The notes under the pieces are model-generated. The model was not told the DNA's origin, did not search any database, and worked only from the letters and a program-made list of their open reading frames with translations. The translations under genes and the position numbers were made by a program. DNA of 64,000 bases from Basidiobolus meristosporus CBS 931.73 (taxonomy: Eukaryota; Fungi; Basidiobolomycota), in the NCBI GenBank assembly GCA_002104905.1, contig MCFE01000470.1:5620-69619 (forward strand). The letters are read 5' to 3'. Positions 38,808-51,400 of the stretch are shown piece after piece (within the stretch, counting starts at the first letter, position 1; the number at the start of each line of letters is the position of its first letter).

Positions 38808-41481
38808 AAACTGCTAAGTACTATTTACCATATAGGCAATTTAGATAGTGATGGGATGTTAAGAGCTCACCATTGGCTATTTGAGGGGCACAAGAATTTC
38901 AAGCTTCCCATATCATAATAGTCCTGTGTGATATTGGTTGGATCCACTTGTATGATCAAATTGCTCCTCATAGGGAAGATTCAGTTCTAGCATGTAAATC
39001 ATGGTACACTGGGCATTTTAGGCACTACTTTGGGACATTGGTTGTAACTCACTTGAGTATGTGAGCCTTTGGCAAGTGTTGGTATGCATAGATATTGTCC
39101 AAAGTATATCCAAAACTACTAAGAGCAAAGTAGCATGCTCATTATAGCAAGAAGGCTTTACATCACTCAAGTTTTTTAACTTATGTCAATATTGGAATAA
39201 CTTTGGAGCAAATGCTCTATGGCTGATTTATGAGATTGTCTATAAATCAAGATCTCCAGCATATTTCACACTTGTTGGTATGGGATGGAATTCCTTTCTG
39301 TTATCTATACTTTGCCAGCAAATCAAATTTTCTCCCATTTCATTGGTGAGCAAGAAGAAAAAAATGTGGCCAGCAGGCACTCTGGCTGGCCACTGGTGTA
39401 TTATTGACAGCACAAAATTAACCTGTCAGTGTGGATAGGCTCCTACTTATTGAAGTTAACAAGTAACTGATATATTTTTACACCATTCTTCATGAAAAAT
39501 CTCATAGTTGGGATTCATTGGATTTTTAGCTAGTACTCAGCTGGTATTTCTGCTTCAAATTTGCAGTTGCCATTTTTTGTGAAAGTACCAAGCAGCTGAT
39601 TACCAAACTTGGCATGAATGCTAGTTGGCCTAGTCACCTCCTGGACAGGAAGTCTGCTTGTCTGCTGTGAAGTCAGTCCTGAGATATCAACAATGGTTGC
39701 TTTTGAGACAGATGGAATTTAGCTGGTGTTATGATAATATTCAGCTGGCCTGTTCTTAATTTGCTTCTTAGGGATTCTGGTCAAGCTCTATCAACCACAC
39801 ATCAAGTAAAGTCCCAGAAGCATGTTTGCAAAACTGTGGGGACTTTTGGATAGCTCCAGGATCTTTTAAGCTCTGGGAACTTGATATTTTGGTGAATACT
39901 CCTAGTAAATCATGACAAAGATCTTTTGTAGTATTCTCAAGGGTGTGTATGCCAAAGTTTATGTAATTTAGCTAATAAATCAATGGAGGCAATTAAAAGA
40001 TTTATAACCATCTTAACTTCCAGGCTTGGCGATTGTATCCATCTGGCATTGCCGCATACTGGAAAAATTCTGCCTGTGGCAATTGTAGAAATTGCAGGGA
40101 GCAGTGGTTTGGGCTACACAGCATGTTGCGAGTCATAGCACAAATCAACACTAATGGAAGAACAAGAGTGGTAAGCGATTTTCACTGAGCAATTTATTGG
40201 GCTTAAAGTGGTGTGGAAAGTTTTGCCTAATCTTGGCAAAGTAAACACATAGCTTATGCTTGAAATGACTTCAGGAGCATTTGTGGGTGCTTTTGGACAA
40301 CTCTGTAACTCCCATACTCTGGGAACTTGACATTGCGGTGAGAACAAGATAAGTGAACCCCAACAAGGAGCTTGGACTGTTGCAATATTCTGAGGAGTAT
40401 TGGAAGTGATATGGAGAGCTAGAGGATTTACATGTTATTCACTGTTTTGACAGGTTGATCGAAGATATTTTCAGTGAGCATATTGCAGTCACTGAAGACC
40501 ACAAGGTACTTGGAGTGGCCAAACCCCACATGTCTCATGAGTTCAAGCTGCGCATGCTTGGTGAAGTCCGTGTCCAGGTTGGGATAGATCTTTTTCAGGA
40601 TCTATGCGACCAGATATTTGCTTCCTAACTTATCTACCATATCAACAGAGCATATTGCCATCGGAAAGACCATTAGGTTTGGCTCGGACGAATATCTGGT
40701 CAGGTGCTTCGTAAATTTTCGATTTCCACCCGAGTATTTCCATCTACTCCCACCGATCGAGGTTTTGGTTGGCATCTCTAGAAAATCCACCCCCCCCCCT
40801 CTCTCTTAGCAGTCCCCAATCCAGTGGGTAGGCGGTTCATCACATTGGCTCGTCGGGTGGTGTGTGCATTGGGCATCTCTAGTTCGCAACCGTGCGAAGA
40901 TTTTGCTCGTCAACCAGGCAGGTTCTTGGTTCCGGAGGGTGATTCTTGGGGACGGTTACGCCTCCACCCCGTCTACATATCAACGGTATCGTGGCACTCT
41001 CAACCATTGCAAATGGCGGCGGGATGAGAGCGTGCTTGGCTTATGAGGAAGTTTGCTGAGTGACTGGGTATCCAATATGGTAGTTCACTATGATAAGGTA
41101 GCGGATTTCAATTTTCCAAGGGTGATAAGGTTTATTCAAGCGCCTGGAAGTGATTCGGAACAAAAGGGGGGCAGATCTTCACCGGTCTGCTATTGGGGTG
41201 GAGTAGAAGTGGTCCCACACCCGTAGAACCGATATCACAGCAAAAAAAGGGGGGTGGCATCATATATGAACAGCGGGATCCGTAGCAACCGTATTGGTAT
41301 TCGCCGGTTGGGTTGATTGAGAAAATAAGAAGCGCCGATCGAAGGAACCTAAGCCCATGGCCCAGTCTCAACAAGACCCTCCCAACACTATAACCTAACC
41401 AACGGGCTCTATGTGTAGGTGGCAGGCTATTCCGAGGTGGAGGTGGAATCTTTTGGGCGACAAGGGAAGGGACCTACCCTC

Positions 41482-42418
41482 CTACAGGGTGACACCCCAG
41501 TAGAGCCCCACCACCACTCCGAGCGTCAATAACCAACGTGCACCCTGGGCGTTCACGTGGCCAGCGGAGCGAAGGATCGCGCAACGGGGATCCAGCGTGG
41601 TGGAGTCCACGGTCGACGCGGTGAAAGTCACCTTGGCATCGGAGCAGTACCCCTGACACTGATGGAACCGAGCGCTGGTGCATTTGGACTCCGCCCTGTA
41701 CAGGGTGTCATTGAGGGAGCCTCGGTCCTCCTTACCCCTGATCTCCACCCACATGGAAAGTCGGAGACCGGAGCAGTCGAGGGAGAGGGAGTAGTTGTCG
41801 GGGATGTCTGCCCTCGGGTCCAACACCTGCTCCCTAAGCGCTCGGGTCATGCCGTTGTAGAGGGAAACGATGTCTTCGGTACCCTGCCAGTTCATATGGC
41901 TACCCCCGAAGGAGCAGTAGTTCGACCTGGTAGATTGGAGGGGACCCGTCACACCGGGCGTTGGGGAGAGACCGGGATCCGATGCACCGATTGGATAGGT
42001 GGTGGTGGTGGTGGCAGGGGTCAAGGCGCTTGACGACTGCATGCTATACCAGCTGCAATATTTCGTGATCTGGGCAGGTGCGTAGGATTTGTCAGAGTCG
42101 GGACATCTGGCGACACACTGGTTCATCTCGGATTGGAACTTGGTGAAGGAGGGATTCGACGGATCGCACAATATGGGACCGAGCTTTTCCGGGGGGAATT
42201 CAGGGCCGGATCGGTATGGATGGGCCTGTCGTAGTAGTCGCTCGGCAATATCCTAGCAATCCGGGTCAGTACTCTGCTCAAGCATACCCCCGCCAATCTC
42301 TTACCTCAGCGCAATCCTCCACGCACTCTCCTAGGTCGTTGTCGAAGGGGAAGCCCATTCCCTGCGCAGTCAGGGTCGAAAGAGTCAACAAACTCGCCAG
42401 TATGACGGGGTAACGCAT
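41482..42418 (-). CDS. Secreted Cys-rich, probably GPI-anchored or membrane-tethered protein (about 294 aa, 2 exons: 42418-42305 and 42252-41482)
   Basis: Signal peptide MRYPVILASLLTLSTLTAQG; 52-nt GTAAG...TACTGAC...CTAG intron keeps frame; two Cys-rich parts split by a Thr/Pro linker; hydrophobic C-terminal tail. Confidence 0.75.
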
Positions 42419-42908
42419 TGCTTGGTGGTGTGGTTATTTGCGTCCAACCTAAGATCCATCCAGATATATACTCCAAGTCTGTAGATTGCATCCGGAATCG
42501 GTTAGATTTAGGAGCCATGGTCGGCACACCCATCCACCCAAACGCCCAGCCAATACTCCCGAATTCGGGGTTGGTTCTGCTTCATTCGATCGGTGATATG
42601 GAGTTTATTGATGTGGGTAGAATCATTTGGAAATCGAGGTCTCACCCCAAATCTTTGTGATTCGTCCCAAGCTGGCATTGTGGTTCACTCCAGTGATGGT
42701 CGGTGTGATCTACCCTCCACGTGAATCACCGCGCACCAACTACACCAAGTCTCCCCAGCGAGCACTCGAGTTGAACACCAGGGGGTGGTCATGTGATGGA
42801 GGAAAAGGTTTATTCCGCCGGAAGAAGGATGCGGGGGGAAGGGGGAAGGGGGGATGAAAATTATGTTACAAACGAGGGAGAAGTGGACCCGAAGGGTGTG
42901 TGCAGGGC

Positions 42909-44301
42909 CTATTTCTTTCGCTGGTTCAGAGATCGAGACTGGGCTTGGGACTGGGACTGGGACTGAGATTGGGATAGGGAAGGTAGCGGAGGCGAGGTCC
43001 TCAGTTTGTTGATGATTGCTGGGACTTTGTCTTCCTTGAAGTCGCTCCAGAATTCGTAGAGGGTGATCAACTCCTGGGTGATCTCCACGATCTAGGACGT
43101 ATGAACGAATGATTAGGTTTTCCAGGAAACACGCCAAGCTGTTGACGAACTTACCTGCTCGATTTCCACCTGTAGGTCCGCGAACCATTGTCGCATATCC
43201 CTCTTCTCCACATGCTCGGGGTACAGGGAGCACATTAAGTAGATGGCGGCCAGGGCGATCATGTGCGGCGGGTACAACAAGCACAGATTAGTGCGATAGC
43301 TGTCGTTGACGATAAACCTTGGAAACAAAACCCCAGTCGATTAGAAAGGACGTTGAGGTTCGGATCAGAGTGGCAGTAGAAATGCTTACCACGCGGTCTG
43401 CAGACAGGACCTTCCCAGCTTCAAGTCAGCCATATATCTAGGGTAAGATAGAGATGAACGAATCAGCGATGATCCCAGATATACACACGTTTGCCCCGAG
43501 GTCACTTACATGGAGAGTGACCGGTATGGGTGGAAGATGATCAGATGGAACTGGAGATCTTCCAGCAGGTAAAACTCGCACTCGGCCAGAACATGATGAT
43601 CGTAAGGAAAAGGGATGGCCTCCCTGGGCTCTAGAGTATCGGGCCAAGAGTTACCATCTGAGGGGGAGAGCTCAGGTTACCTCGCGGCAATAGCAAACAC
43701 TTACCCAGCAGCATGTTTTTGGTCTCGTGAACAATGGTCCGAATGTGATGGGGAGATTCCTCAATCTTACACGCCAGATACATACACGTCGATGCCACCA
43801 GGTACGGATCGATCACACGAAAACTATTTCTAAACAAAGTGTAACACCCAAGTAAGCAACCGAGGGCCAGTACCAAAGCGACCTTGTTCGAGTGAGAAAG
43901 TCCCCTTACTTGGCGTAGAACCGTTTGAAATACACCAAGGCGGTGGCGGTGACCTGTTGACGTAATTGCAGCCTTTTACCTAGCTTGTGCATCACTGTCG
44001 AAGTCGCATTAGACTCTATAGAGAAAGGGCTGGGCCAGCGCCAAACCTCGTCCACGCACGGGCCCCGCCTAACCAAGTGGAAACGAAGACTCACGGTTCG
44101 CGAAATAGATCTCTATCCGGAAAATATCCGCCGCCTCGGCGTACTGCAGGTCCTCCAGCTTGTTTTTCTGCAGGGAAGTGCGATCTAACTTCCAGTATTT
44201 ACTAGGAACGCGTCGAGAAGATACGATTAGAGCCTGGTTCGCAACAAAGCATGAGTTGAAGAGGAATACAATTGTGAGGAATCCCAGTAGTTCGCCGCCA
44301 T
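42909..44301 (-). CDS. SSN8: Cyclin C (Mediator CDK8 module), 8 exons
   Basis: MAANYWDSSQ start; LGKRLQLRQQVTATALVYFKRFY, DPYLVASTCMYLACKIEESP, FIVNDSYRTNLCLLYPPHMIALAAIY; canonical GT-AG introns. Confidence 0.95.
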
Positions 44302-44687
44302 CGTTGTCTGGCTTGTAGTTGAGCGTGGAAAGGGTTAGGGGCGTTAAGTTGGTTGATGTGGGACAATCCCCAAGAACAATGTGATTCGCATGGAGCTTGC
44401 TCACTGGAACGGAATTGATCGCAGTTAGGGTTGGGTTGCTAAGCAAAATGATTAAATTCCGGCCAGATTTGATGATTATTCGGTGCAGATGAGAGTAGAT
44501 CTACGAGCCAGCAAAAACTGGCAAAAACTGGCAAAAACGGGCGACAACGCGCAAAAACCAGGGGTCATCACCAAAAAAGGCGAAGTAAAAAAAAGAAAAA
44601 TACCCTGGACTGGGATGGAAGTGGATCTAACAAAAGGGGTGGGCGAGGACTGGTGGATCCTTCTCCTTTGCAACCATCGAGATTAAG

Positions 44688-45072
44688 ATGTCTGCCGAAC
44701 AAGCTATTGTCTACGCTGCCCTCATCCTCCAAGACGACGGTGTTGAGATCACCGTAAGTTCTTGATTCACCACCATGCTGCATCGGTGTTCCCCGTTTAC
44801 TGACTGTCTCCCTTTAGGCTGATAAACTCACCGCCCTCACCAAGGCTGCCAACGTCGAAGTCGAGCCCGTCTGGGCCTCTCTCTTCGCCAAGGCTTTGGC
44901 CGGCAAGAACCTCGGTGACTTGTTGATGAACGTTGGTTCCGCTGGTGCCGCTCCCGCCGCTGCTGGTGGTGCTGCTGCCGCCGGTGCTGCTGAAGATGCT
45001 CCTGCTGCTGAGGAGAAGGAAGAAGCCAAGGAAGAGTCTGATGACGATATGGGCTTCGGTCTCTTCGATTAA
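44688..45072 (+). CDS. RPP1: 60S acidic ribosomal protein P1 (exons 44688-44753, 44818-45072)
   Basis: [14 protein letters not shown]|ADKL...[13 protein letters not shown]...[13 protein letters not shown]. Confidence 0.96.
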
Positions 45073-45436
45073 GCAGATGGTTGTATTCATCCCGATCTCT
45101 TAACCAACAAACCAACAATAAATATTGCCTTTGTGCTATTCACGCGTCTCGCAATCGCCCTTTGTTGCTCATTTTCCTCGTTCCTCAATGGATGGGTGGA
45201 GTCGGAAAAGATTCAGGCTGCAACACCAATGCCAACTCCATTACACCTCGCTAGACCAATCCTTCATCGAGATCGAAGTCCAGAGTAGATCCCGATCTTT
45301 TCGGGAAATACGGAAATCGGCTGATCTCGGTTAGTTGAAAGCTAAAATCCCCCCTTTTTAAGTGTCAGCTGGTTACTCTCTAATACCGGTGGACAGCCGA
45401 CACGTTGAACAGACCGCCTCCCACTAGACAACGAAC

Positions 45437-46208
45437 ATGTTAGAGAACTGGTCGTACACGGACATCTTTTTCCTACTGGCTCTTCCTGTTCTGCTTCATT
45501 TCACCTTGACGAAGCTGTGGTTTTCCAAATACGCAAAGTCCGGCAAGAAGGTAAGATTCAGTGGGAAAGACCAGGTAGTTGAGCACGAGGCCGGGGAAGA
45601 GAAGGAGGGCGAGACCGCCGAGGAGAACAAGAGCTCGGATGGGAATGAGGCTACCAAGTAAGTGTCCCCCCCGGAACCTCCCTGTGAACCTTCTTCCCTG
45701 ACAATTCCAACCGAAAGTGAGAAGAAAAAGCGAGAGTTTCCTCCGTTGAGGCCACCCGAGGATTACCCGTTCACCGCGAAGGAGCTGGCCAAATTTGACG
45801 GCTCCGATCCGGAACTCCCGGTCTATGTAGCCATCAAAGGAGTGGTGTTCGATGTCACTTGGAACAGAACCGCCTACGCACCGGGAAGCGGTTACCATGT
45901 GTTTGCCGGCAAAGATGCCTCCAAAGTAACCCGCTTCTCCCATTTCCACTGCGGACAAAACGACTCATCCGTATTTCCTAGGCACTTGGAATGAGCTCAC
46001 TAAAAGCCGAAGATTGCACTGCAGACTACAGCAGCCTGAATGACAAGCAGGTAAACAACCACCTTTCCTTTTCCTTTTCTTTGGGTTGAAACCCTCGCTG
46101 ACCAACCCCTACTCTAACCTAACTGGTAAACAGAGAGAAACCCTAGATGGCTGGTACAAATTTTTCATGAAGCGGTACAGTATTGTTGGTCGGGTTACTC
46201 AAAACTAG
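45437..46208 (+). CDS. Membrane-anchored cytochrome b5-like heme/steroid-binding (MAPR/Dap1-like) protein, 4 exons (45437-45657, 45718-45925, 45982-46050, 46134-46208)
   Basis: N-terminal hydrophobic segment; FTAKELAKFDGSD...YVAIKGVVFDVT...YAPGSGYHVFAGKDASK|ALG...WYKFFMKRYSIVG. Confidence 0.9.
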
Positions 46209-46989
46209 AGAAATTTCGAATCACGCACTTGTGAAGCGACAATAAAGCACCCTCCTGAATAAAGCGGACTCTTTAAAATGACGCAGCGGTTGCATGCCGG
46301 ACAATGGTCACTTCTTTAACAGAGCGGAGGCATGTTTCGGCCAAACCATAGTCATGCTGCCATATAGTTTGTTGGATACTGACCATAGATCAGATTGCTG
46401 CTGCTATAGTACGCCCACTACGCAACTAGTTGTCAATATTTAGCAATTTGTTTAAAATAGCAAACCAATTCGGCATGTACACATCCAATAAAAAACGGAT
46501 ATTTTGGATGGAATTTTTAGGGTGTGAATTGTCATCAGGGCTAGGGTTTAGGCGGGATTTTCTTGGTCATATCACTGTGACATTGCCTTACCAGGGATGA
46601 TTTTTTTAGAGATCGGCTGATGTTTTTTCTGTTGATTTTTTTGGTGAGTGACAGTTACGGTGAAATCCAGGGAACCAATGCTATTGGCCACCTCCCTGTT
46701 GAAGAATTGTTAATCCTTCTGATTTAGGTTGGCGATCCCACTAATTCACCCATCTATGCTTGGATATTAATGGTGCCAGGTTCGCGAATATTGACATAGG
46801 TATGCGCAATACTGGCAAATTCATCTAGAGTTTAAAGAGGGACTTTTACTACAAATATCCCTGGAGCAGTCTTAAAGGCCAGTAATGTAGATAATTTAAT
46901 GGAAATCAGATCAATTAGCGGATTCCTTGACAATCTATTCCAAAAGCGGGTTCAACCAATCAACAAAAGTCCAGCACTCGATTTTGTAC

Positions 46990-47560
46990 AAGGGTGGTCA
47001 AGACCCTACGCATAGAATCAACAACATTGTGGTGGATATTGGTTGCCATCAATCATGCAACTGGCTGGCCAATTGTACGAGCAGCAATGAATCCAGAGTA
47101 CCAAGAGATACGGCAAAATCACTCTTATGGGGCATCAGAAATAAAAATGACATGCGTAAACGTACCGAACGAGAATTGGAGAAATTAAGACACCACCGCC
47201 AAGTAGCGGAAGAAGCTCAGAAGCAGGTAGCAATGAAAATGCAACTACACTGAAACCAAGCAGTAAAAGAACGGAAGGATGAGCTGAAGAAAGGAGACCA
47301 GGCATGAATCCGGAATCAAGCGCGAATGAAATTTATGTCAGTTTGACTGGGTCCCTTCAAGATTACTCGAAAGATGCAGCTTGGAACATGTCAGCTAAAG
47401 GAACAGAATGGTCAAAATTTATAGGAATTATATCACGGCAATTGCCTTACAAAGGCATCATACGACATACCAAGCCGAAGAAGAGCGAATCCAGGAGAAT
47501 CCTCAAACTTAAGAAGGGAAGAATGTCAAAGACAATACGAATCAAAGGCAACAAGTGAAA
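46990..47560 (+). pseudogene. Decayed gypsy integrase relic related to the adjacent intact element
   Basis: WWILVAINHATGWPIVRAA vs [19 protein letters not shown]; WGIRNKNDMRKRTERELEKLRHHR vs [24 protein letters not shown]; *LGPFKITRKM vs [11 protein letters not shown]. Confidence 0.8.
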
Positions 47561-48144
47561 TATGCACTGATTATAAGAAGGATGATCCGAAACAACACTA
47601 TATAAGCATCTGGATAAGGGTCCAGTATTACACAGATATAACACTACCACAGCTCTGGAGCAGAACAGAATCGTATCACTTTAGTAAAATAAAGTGTGTC
47701 TATTAAACATGTCGAAATTATAAATGGACGCTGGAATTCAAGACAGGCTTCTTTTGGATACTTGATGGATCAGATTCCATAATTTTCTGTTATGATTTAA
47801 ATCCTAACTAGTCACTACCGATCACTTGAACACTACTGATCGAACACCTGGAATTCCACACAGACGATCAATCGCACTCAGTGATACACACGTTATTTAA
47901 TACATCTTGAACCCTCCTTTTGGAAGCTTGCCCTACGTTATCGGAAGCTCTCCCTCCGAGGCTATCTCTATATAAACTCCTTTGAACACTATCAATAAAG
48001 CATCAACCTTTTACCGGTTCATCAACTATTCAGATAACCTCTCTGATTCGTATTGGACATCCTCCGGTCCTCCTCCGCTTGCCCTCGATTCATAACATTG
48101 GTAGCAGCGAACCTCCGATCTCCAAAAAACAAAAACCTCCGTAC

Positions 48145-48324
48145 CTCCCAGAAACTTTTCCAATCTCTCAGAAACTCTTCCGATCTCCCAGAAACTTTTC
48201 CAATCTCTCAGAAACTCTTCCGATCTCCCAGAAACTTTTCCAATCTCTCAGAAACTCTTCCGATCTCCCAGAAACTCTTCCGATCTCCCAGAAACTCTTC
48301 CGATCTCCCAGATATTCTTCCAAT
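48145..48324 (+). repeat. Nine 20-nt tandem units in the retroelement 5' leader
   Basis: CTC(C/T)CAGAAACT(T/C)TTCC(A/G)AT; A/B alternation three times, then homogenised units, then degenerate copies to about 48390. Confidence 0.95.
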
Positions 48325-48494
48325 TGTCCAGAGATACCCTCCGTACCTGCCCGAGACCCTCCCAACCTCCCAGAGAAACCCTCCGTTTCACTCAAAAAAA
48401 GAAAAAAAACAGTACCCAGTCAATTCTGCCAGAGAACCAGCCCCCTTGGTAAACACACCCGCCTACCGCAAATCAAACAATACCCAAAAACAAA

Positions 48495-51400
48495 ATGAGT
48501 GAAGAAAAGCCAAAATTTAGCTCTTCAGAAGAAATGTTGGCCTATATTGAGAGTCTTGAACAACAAGTTGCTGAGTTAGCCGGTCAAGGACAGTCCCACA
48601 CAACTGAGCCTGCGGCCCTCCCTAGTCTGGACCCAAGAATGGGTAGGCAGACAGACTTGGACTCTTTACATTTTGTGAACACCCAGAGATCATGGTTTAC
48701 TGGTCAAGGTATACAGAGAGAGGGTGAAGCCTCATCTGTAAGACCTGCGGTGCCTCCCAATTCCTTGAATCTTGGAGAAGATGGGCAAGGCTCTCTGGAC
48801 TTCACAAAACAATATAGAGCAACAAATCTGAAACTTCAGAAACCCAACATCTTTGAAGGCAAAAGACACACTGCCACTCTAGAGACTTGGATATTTGAAG
48901 TAGAGCAGTACCTATACTTCTCAGATGACTCTGAAGAAGTCAAAGTACATTATGCCTGTTCACTTTTCAGAAAGGAAGCAACCATGTGGTGGAAACTTCA
49001 CATTCAAGGAATGAATAGGGGCATCTTTCCACCCATAGCCTCCTGGGCTGACTTTGTTAAAGCATTGAGAAAGAGGTTTACACCTATCAATGCTGATAGA
49101 ATGGCAAGAGAAAAACTGTCCAAACTCTTTCAAGCCAAGTCTGTTCAAGAGTACAATGAGCAGTTTAACTTGCTTAGTATGGAAATTCAAAACATGCCTG
49201 ATACTGAACTACTTGAGCAATACCTAAGAGGCCTGAAATCCAACACTAGATGGGAAATTGAATACAAAGACCCCAAAACCCTAGTAGAGGCTATGGAACT
49301 GGCAGAAAGATATGATGCCATACACTTCAGAAGGGCTGTCAACCACAGAATTGGTCACTCAAGAACTACTACAGGCCTCAAAGCCAATAACCACATACCT
49401 ATTGGTAGTCAACCAATCACTGAACAAGGTGCACACTACCCCCACACACTGGAGCCTATGGACCTAGATGTTATGCAGAGCACACCAAGACCTTCTAAAG
49501 AGGAATGCTTCAAGCTTGGACTATGCTTTTACTGCAAGGAACAGGGTCATAAAGTCAATGAATGCCCAAAGAGGCCATTACAAAGAGTATTCCAACTCTC
49601 CACTAAGGAGGAGGAGCACACAATCAGCCTTGTTAAGGAGTATCAGAGGACTCAGAGCTTATATACTACCCCAAAGATGCTGAAACTCCCAGGGATTCTC
49701 AACAACAACCAATGTGTCTCTGTACTCATTGACAGTGGAGCAACTGATGTCTACATTTCAAAAGATGTAGCTGATCAGATGAAGCTACAAACAATCCCTT
49801 GCCCCCCAATTCACATCCTCTGTGCCACCAAGGAATCAATTATAGTGAACAGCAGGACTGAACCCTTGACTTTACAAATCAGGGACTTCCAAGACACCAT
49901 TTCCCCAATTATCATACCCCAAGCCAACTTTGAAATCAATGTGGGACAAACTTGGCTAAGAAAGCACAATCCTGACATAAACTGGCAGACTCAGGAAGTT
50001 GTAATCAACAAGGATGATGCAAAATATCATCTGTCACCCAAACCAACCCTGGACAAAGGCAATGCACCAGAACACACCATATCAAAGAAACAGTTTGCCC
50101 ACTCTATCAGACAGAATCCCAAACTGTTGCACATGATAGCCTTTGCCAAAATCCAAGAGACCACAGAAGTGACAAATGACAGGCTCAAGACCTTGTTAGC
50201 AGAGTTTCAAGAGGTTTTTCCCAAGGAAATCCCTGCACTACCCCCAAGCAGAGAGATTGACCATGCCATAGAAGTAACAGATGATAAACCAAGAAACAGA
50301 GCCCCATATAAGTTCTCCCCAAAGGAAATGGAGACTTTGAAGGAAACATTGAAGGACTACCTGGCTAAAGGCTGGATAAAACCCAGTAAATCACCATGGG
50401 GAGCTCCAGTACTCTTTGCTCCAAAGAAGGATGGGAAGCTACGGTTCTGTGTGGACTACAGGGCCCTAAATGCAATCACTGTCAGAAATTCCTACCCATT
50501 ACCAAGAATTGATGCCCTCTTTGACCAACTGGGGAAGGCAAAGATATTCTCTAAAATAGACCTGGCATCTGGATATCACCAAATCAGAATTAAGCCTGAA
50601 GACACCTCTAAGACAGCATTCAACACAAGATATGGTCATTATGAGTTTGTTGTGATGAGCTTTGGCCTGACTAATGCCCCAGCAACATTTCAGACACTCA
50701 TGAATAGCATCCTGGAACCATATTTAGAGAAATTTGTCCTGGTCTACTTAGATGACATTCTGATCTATAGTACCAGCATGGATGACCACATGAAGCACTT
50801 GAAGACAGTACTGGCTATACTAAAAAAGCACAAGCTATATGCACAACTTCCTAAGTGTGAATTCCTCACCAGATCAGTTGAATACCTTGGTCACATAATC
50901 TCAGATAAAGGACTACACATGGATCCAGCCAAGATAGATGCTATCCAGAAATGGGAAGCCCCAAAGTCACTCACTGAAATGAGATCCTTCCTGGGACTTG
51001 CATCATATTACAGAAGATTCATCAGGGACTTTGCAACTATTGCAGCCCCCCTTACAGACTTGACCAAAAAAGAGAAAGACTATATATGGACCCCAAACTG
51101 TGAGACAGCTTTCCTAACTCTGAAAGAAAAGCTATGCCAAACCCCTGTGCTTCAGTTGCCTGATTTCTCAGAACCTTTCTGTGTATACACTGATGCTTCA
51201 GATCTAGCTGTTGGAGGGGTACTGACTCAAAAAGAACACCCGGTTGCTTATGAGTCCAAAAAGCTATCAGTAACTGAACAAAACTACCCAGTCCATGAAA
51301 AAGAACTCTATGCCATACTACATTGTCTGAGAGTGTGGAGATGCTACTTGGAGGGCAAACACTTTGTGGTATATACAGATCATGCATCCCTAAGATACAT

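Noticed and set aside
40600-41400. Short ORFs at 40.6-41.4 kb, and likewise at 62.5-64 kb
   Set aside because: No recognisable motifs, consistent splice structure or paralogs
46538-46556. Telomere-like TAGGGTTTAGG
   Set aside because: Fewer than two full units; not an interstitial telomeric array
48145-48324. Regular short repeats resembling a CRISPR array
   Set aside because: Units are contiguous with no unique spacers, no cas genes are present, and the context is a eukaryotic retroelement leader
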